DNA of 64,000 bases from Diplonema japonicum (lineage: Eukaryota > Protista > Euglenozoa: Diplonemea), in NCBI GenBank assembly GCA_964019335.1, contig OZ025666.1:669438-733437 (forward strand). The letters are read 5' to 3'. Below are positions 58,663 to 64,000 of the stretch, in pieces (position 1 is the stretch's first letter; each line of letters begins with the position of its first letter). Made by a program: the position numbers and the translations under genes. The notes under the pieces were generated by a model. It was not told the DNA's origin. It did no database searches and saw only the letters and a program-made list of their open reading frames with translations.

Positions 58663-60781
58663 ATGAGCGCACCGCCAAGCGTTGTTCCTTATGCGCCGAT
58701 AGCACCCTCGACATTGGTATGCTCGTACTCTATCGTAAGCACTACAACAGGTAAAAGAAGGACCATTGATGTACGAGAATCACAGCATTGAAGATATTAC
58801 AGGAAGGATGGACTCGATTGTCGATCCTAAGGAGGTGTGAAGAGGGAGCGTATAAAAGATAAATACACAATAGTTGCCTGCTCTCAAAAGCTGGATCAAG
58901 GACCTGGTCAGCAGAGCGCCTGCTAACGACAAAGAGTACGCAAAGATATCAATACAGATGCGGAAGAAATACCAATTAGCACCAAAGAAGAGTGTGTTAT
59001 TACACGTTTATCAGCTGCTCATACGTGAGGGTGGAGTTGCAGAAAATAGCGTCATCAGACAGTGTCTCGTGACGAAAGCAGGCAAGAGCCAAAGTGGTGT
59101 CCTTGTTATTACTGTGTTGACCAGCCCTACTCCAAGTGTCGAGGGCGGCAAGGCTCAGAACTTCAGCTGCAAGTGGGATTGTCACTATTGTCCGAATCAG
59201 CCTGGACAGCCGCGCAGTTACTTGAGAGATGAACCAGCTGTGAGGAGGGCAAACCAGAACCAGTTTGATCCAGTGCTACAGTTTGCAGACCGTCTCAGTG
59301 TCCTCACTATGAATGGCCACCCTGCTGACAAGGTCGAACTCCTTGTCCTCGGGGGCACGTGGCACTCTTACCCATTGGACTACCAGGTATCTCTGTGTTT
59401 TAAATCAATTTAATAGAAACAGGAGTCGTTTATAAGGGACTTGTTCTATGCCGCTAACACGGCGGGACAGCGTAACTCCCGTCCAAGGATGTCCCTTGAA
59501 GAAGAGCAGACAGAGAACGAGCAAGCTTCGTGCAAGATTATTGGCCTGACACTAGAGACAAGGCCTGATTGTATTGATGAACACGAGATCAGGAGACTCA
59601 GGCGCTATGGTTGCACTCGTGTGCAGTTAGGGATGCAACATACAGACGACGGGATCTTGAAGCACGTGAACAGAGGTCACTTTGTGGACGACGCAGTTCA
59701 AGCCATCAGGTTGCTGAAGGACTCGTGCTACAAGCTGGACATTCACTTGATGCCTAACCTGCCTGGGAGTACCCCTGAGCTCGACACAGCTATGTTTGAC
59801 AAGATGTTGGAAGACGAAGACTTGCAAGCAGACCAATGGAAGATTTACCCTTGCGAGGTGGTCCCTTGGACTAGGATAGAGGAATGGTTCCGTGATGGGA
59901 GCTACAAGCCATATGAAGAAGATGTTCTTGCAGGGGTGATATCGAAGGTGAAGGCAAAGATGCATCCGTGGATAAGGCTAAACCGCATAATTCGAGACAT
60001 CCCCACGCAATACATCTATGGTGGGCTGCAGACGACCCACTTGCGGGAGACCATTTTGAGCAACATGCGGGCTCGAGGTGAGAAATGCAGGTGTATTAGG
60101 TGCAGGGAGGTGGGTGACATCGGGGGATGGGAGATCGGTGAAAAGAGAGTAGGAGCTGGCAACAGAATTGGGAACCGGGACGGGCTGGCTTCGGCATTGC
60201 GCAGTGAGAAGCTAGCGAGACAGGCAGAAATCACAGTACGCGAGTACAAGGGGAGCGGCGGTGACGAGTACTTTATATCATACGAAGCGCCAGGTGAGGT
60301 TCTTTGCGGCTTCTGCAGATTGCGCCTATCATCGCGAAAGTACTATCCTAAGGGCTTGTTCCCGGAATTGGAGAACACTGCATTGATCCGCGAGCTGCAT
60401 GTGTACGGGCAGCTCACAGCCACTGGTGACAAAACAACAGATGCTCAAGCACAGCATGTAGGGTTCGGCTCTAGTTTGATGGCAGAGGCCGAGCACATTG
60501 CAAAAGATCATGGCTTTTCGAGGTTAGCAGTTATCTCAGGTATCGGAACGCGTAACTACTACCGCAAGCTGGGATACTATCTAGAAGGTGAGGGTGGCTT
60601 CATGATTAAGGATTTCAAAAAGAGCAAGATACTCCCGCGACCCGCTCGTGGCAGGTTGTTCGGATCTAAGTTAACAAAGCTCGAGATAATGCTCGACAAG
60701 AGGTGGAACCTCCTGGTGCTGCTGCTTCTTGCCTTTGTGGCGCAAGAGATGTACCCTTTTATTATTAGTACCGAGGTCTGA
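58663..60781 (+). CDS. ELP3: ELP3 radical-SAM/KAT tRNA acetyltransferase with C-terminal hydrophobic tail, ~669 aa; introns 58717-58750, 58835-58873, 59387-59422
   Basis: SQSGVLVITV, CKWDCHYCP, LGGTW, LETRPD, TRVQLG, CRCIRCREV, IRELHVYG, QHVGFG, ISGIGTRNYYRKLGY. Confidence 0.94.
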
Positions 60782-60856
60782 CCCACTCTGGCCCAGATGT
60801 CTTCCTTTCCTTGTTTTATTCAGCGTTTCGAACATATTCTATTTTCAACAGATAGA

Positions 60857-61606
60857 ATGAATGGAAATGGGGCTCAAGCCGACAAAGAGACGTCTTATGA
60901 AGAGCTGTTGATGAATAATAATAGCATGCACGAGGAGCTAAGTTACGAGAGAGACAGGGTGCGCGTTGCAACCGAAAAGATAAAAATGTTGGAAGAATCT
61001 TTGGAGAAGGATAAGAAGCAGCATTTCATGCAGTATGAAACGCTGAGCAAGACTTTTAAGAGAGAGGCAGCAGCAATGAAAGGTATGTGTCGTGATAAAT
61101 TTGTCGATTTCTTAACAGAACAAGCGGAGGGCTTGGGGGGAAAGGTGGCAGCGTTGGAGCAGCAGCTCGATGTATTAGGGGAGGAAAGGCGGGAGCGTGA
61201 GCTGATGATTGAGAATCTTAAAACAGCTATAGAAAGGTACGAGCAGCAGCACGAGCAGCGTGCCGCTTCAGACGCTTTAGACACAGTCCCAGACGACTGC
61301 ATAGACGCCGAGACTGATGAGGACTTGCTACGTTGCGCAAGCAGCTTGTCCACAGCACACGCAGTCATCAAGTACCTGCTGAGCAACAAGAACCAGAAGC
61401 CCACTCCGCGATCCACATCGAAGTCCCCTCACACACCTGTTTCTCTTAAACCCACTAGAGTTTCGCCATCTCCACCTCCTAAGACACAGCAAACACCGCT
61501 CCAAGAGTATGTTCGACTTTCTTCTAACGACCACAGGTTAGTAATGCGAGGTGCCACGATACGACAGGAGAAATATTTAGAGCCGGTAACATTCTCAAGG
61601 CGGTAA
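60857..61606 (+). CDS. Coiled-coil protein; probable in-frame introns 61083-61118, 61507-61536
   Basis: Heptad-rich ORF with Pro/Ser/Thr tail; two consensus GTATG...CAG segments. Confidence 0.7.
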   Translation: MNGNGAQADKETSYEELLMNNNSMHEELSYERDRVRVATEKIKMLEESLEKDKKQHFMQYETLSKTFKREAAAMKGMCRDKFVDFLTEQAEGLGGKVAALEQQLDVLGEERRERELMIENLKTAIERYEQQHEQRAASDALDTVPDDCIDAETDEDLLRCASSLSTAHAVIKYLLSNKNQKPTPRSTSKSPHTPVSLKPTRVSPSPPPKTQQTPLQEYVRLSSNDHRLVMRGATIRQEKYLEPVTFSRR

Positions 61607-61665
61607 TCTTGTATTCTCTTATTTTTTTACCCGTCAGTCCTGCTACCCCATCAGTCTCGTAAACA

Positions 61666-62279
61666 ATGTCTCGCTTTGTTCAGACCGGACAGGACTGGAA
61701 GGAAGTCACCCTCAGTAGGCCCCCTCCTTCAGCTGGTGGCGGTCCTGGCCGTGTGGCTCGTCTAGCCCCGGGTGATTCCAAATTCACAACGCGTGCAGGA
61801 CCTCACCAGTCGGCAGGCGGGAAGACTGTGAACCAGCAGGTATGCGCTCTTATAAAGGCGATTCTTCACAGCACAAAACTGGTGGGCTTAACCACAAGAA
61901 GCTTGATGATGACACCGAAACCTTGAAGCACAAGACTGTTTCCCACAGCTTCTGCATTACTCTGCAGCAGTCGAGAACTAAAAAGGGGTGGAACCAAAAG
62001 GAGTTGGCCAACGCCTGTCAGGAGCGAGAGACCACCATTAAGGCATGCGATATCTATCAAATAAACTCTGCAACAGGAGTACGAGAATGGCAAGGCTATC
62101 CCCAATAACCAGGTCATCAGCAAAATGGAAAGGGCACTCGGCCTTCACCTGCGTGGCAAGGTATGCAATAAGGAACAGCAAGTACCTTTAATCAGGAAGC
62201 TGGTCAGCCTATCGTGAAGCCGGTGAGCAAGAAAGCAAAAGCGGCCGCGAAGCCCGCAGCCAAGAAGTCCAAAGCGTAA
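61666..62279 (+). CDS. MBF1: Multiprotein bridging factor 1 (MBF1/EDF1), ~170 aa; introns 61840-61871, 62043-62076 (GC-AG), 62161-62195
   Basis: [57 protein letters not shown]. Confidence 0.93.
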
Positions 62280-62804
62280 GCCCGCCCACATGACATAAAG
62301 GAGCAGCTTTTGTGCAGGAGTGGTTTTTTTTTCTTTTTTCCGTATTTTTGCTTTTCTGTTTTTTACCTAACCTATAGCTTCTACTCCGTAGCACTCGCTA
62401 GTGGCTAATTCCCTCTCTTTAGCTTTCTCTCTGTGATTGTGATTGTGACAAGCGCACACTTCGTGTTTTCTTTATCAACCTGTTGGGAGATATATTATAC
62501 TACCTCTGTTGCAAATCAATTTCATCAGTTCTTTTACACACTTCAATAGATGCGTACAATGTCTGAGTGAAACTCGCATTTGGAGTATGGTTCGAGAAGA
62601 TGCACAGGGAAGCTCATTTCGCGCGAAGGAGCATGAAGCCGAAGGAAACTGTCCCCTGCCTTGGCTGCCCTAGTTACTAGAACATTACAGCCTCACAGGC
62701 CCTCTAGCTCCATCGACCACGCGGCCCCAAGCTTCGGCTGAAACTAATGTGAGCTGTGAGGGCGCGTGGAGGTTTTGCCGGAGTGCTGGATGCAATCAGG
62801 GACT

Positions 62805-62857
62805 TCCCGAGGGGGACTGGTCTGAGAGGGCAGTCCCGAGGGGGACTGGTCTGAGAG
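62805..62857. repeat. Direct repeat of 24 nt (TCCCGAGGGGGACTGGTCTGAGAG), two copies
   Basis: Exact copies at 62805-62828 and 62834-62857. Confidence 0.9.
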
Positions 62858-63363
62858 CCCAGCACATCAAGGAGCGGTGGCGGAGCGTTTGAGTCTCAAG
62901 GCTGTTTGATGTCGGTGACGAGGGGAAAAAAGCACCTTCCGCAAACCTTCGTCTCGTCACCTACATTGTGTGCTTGCCACTTTCGAAACTGGTAGAGACA
63001 GCGCCGCGTGTTGCAATTGTCAACAGGGCAGGAAATGGTGGCACAGCTGTTTTTCTGCACCATATTTCCTCTTTCTTTCTGCTGTTGTGACACAGTGCTA
63101 GGTTGTGAGCACAAGAACAAAAAATAAAATGTCCAATGACAAATGATCCCCCCCAGAACATCCTAACTCTGTTTCTCTTTTTTGTGTGTGAACATAAGCT
63201 TTTATTTACTTATGTGTATTTTATCTATTTACTCTCACCACCAACTTCTCGCCTTCTCAGCATCCCATTGGCGGAGAGGTCGCGCATGAAGATACCGACA
63301 CCAGACACGCTGAGGAGACAAGGGCTCGAGAAGAGTAAAGCAAAGCATCGAAAAGACCCTGTT

Positions 63364-64000
63364 CCCGCAAACCCGCAAACGCAAACCCGCAAACCCGCAA
63401 ACCCGCAAACCCGCAAACCCGCAAACCCGCAAACCCGCAAACCCGCAAACCCGCAAACCCGCAAACCCGCAAACCCGCAAACCCGCAAACCCGCAAACCC
63501 GCAAACCCGCAAACCCGCAAACCCGCAAACCCGCAAACCCGCAAACCCGCAAACCCGCAAACCCGCAAACCCGCAAACCCGCAAACCCGCAAACCCGCAA
63601 ACCCGCAAACCCGCAAACCCGCAAACCCGCAAACCCGCAAACCCGCAAACCCGCAAACCCGCAAACCCGCAAACCCGCAAACCCGCAAACCCGCAAACCC
63701 GCAAACCCGCAAACCCGCAAACCCGCAAACCCGCAAACCCGCAAACCCGCAAACCCGCAAACCCGCAAACCCGCAAACCCGCAAACCCGCAAACCCGCAA
63801 ACCCGCAAACCCGCAAACCCGCAAACCCGCAAACCCGCAAACCCGCAAACCCGCAAACCCGCAAACCCGCAAACCCGCAAACCCGCAAACCCGCAAACCC
63901 GCAAACCCGCAAACCCGCAAACCCGCAAACCCGCAAACCCGCAAACCCGCAAACCCGCAAACCCGCAAACCCGCAAACCCGCAAACCCGCAAACCCGCAA
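63364..64000. repeat. Tandem octamer array (CCCGCAAA)n, ~80 units, runs off window
   Basis: Perfect repeats except one 6-nt variant unit near 63380. Confidence 0.98.

Noticed and set aside
3103-62195. Pseudogenes, programmed frameshifts or stop-codon reassignment explaining broken ORFs
   Set aside because: Every break is resolved by a consensus short intron that restores conserved motifs; TAA, TAG and TGA all terminate genes.
3103-62195. Introner-type transposon origin of the introns
   Set aside because: Intron interiors share no evident similarity or terminal inverted repeats by eye.
733-62394. Numerous minus-strand and alternate-frame ORFs
   Set aside because: Shadows of + strand genes with no recognisable motifs.
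62280-63363. Spliced-leader RNA, snRNA or rRNA gene
   Set aside because: No recognisable SL exon or snRNA signature; the CTGGTCTGAGAG similarity to SSU rRNA is too short.
63225-64000. Three ~250-aa minus-strand ORFs (RVCGFAGL)n
   Set aside because: Translation artefact of a stop-free octamer repeat.
63364-64000. CRISPR array or canonical right-end telomere
   Set aside because: No spacers or cas genes; strand polarity is opposite to a terminal telomere.

Overview
Eukaryotic nuclear DNA, most consistent with a diplonemid or related euglenozoan (inferred from gene architecture and gene families). From 781 to 62279 there are 27 protein-coding genes, all on the + strand, mostly separated by only ~50-90 nt. 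Most start codons lie ~3-15 nt after a YAG acceptor, as expected for a polycistronic, SL trans-spliced unit. I reconstructed ~69 very short cis-introns by hand (30-45 nt, mostly GTATG...CAG, one GC-AG); they join the fragmented ORF track into full-length genes. Recognisable products: transportin, HID1, a catalytically dead calpain-like protein, uL16m-like, truncated M1 aminopeptidase, exportin-4, myosin, an FGDF-repeat/WD40 protein, NBAS/Sec39-like, a ~1726-aa probable mitochondrial protein, CFAP100, an RRM protein, an IP3 receptor with an internal PH domain, a single-lobe EF-hand protein, a pseudo-DUSP, tomosyn-like, aldo-keto reductase, ELP3 with a C-terminal hydrophobic tail, and MBF1. The cluster is bounded on the left by an A/T-homopolymer region and on the right by ~1.1 kb of non-coding DNA and a near-perfect (CCCGCAAA)n array running off the window. 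All gene models and family assignments come from manual reading and recalled motifs, not from database searches or RNA data.
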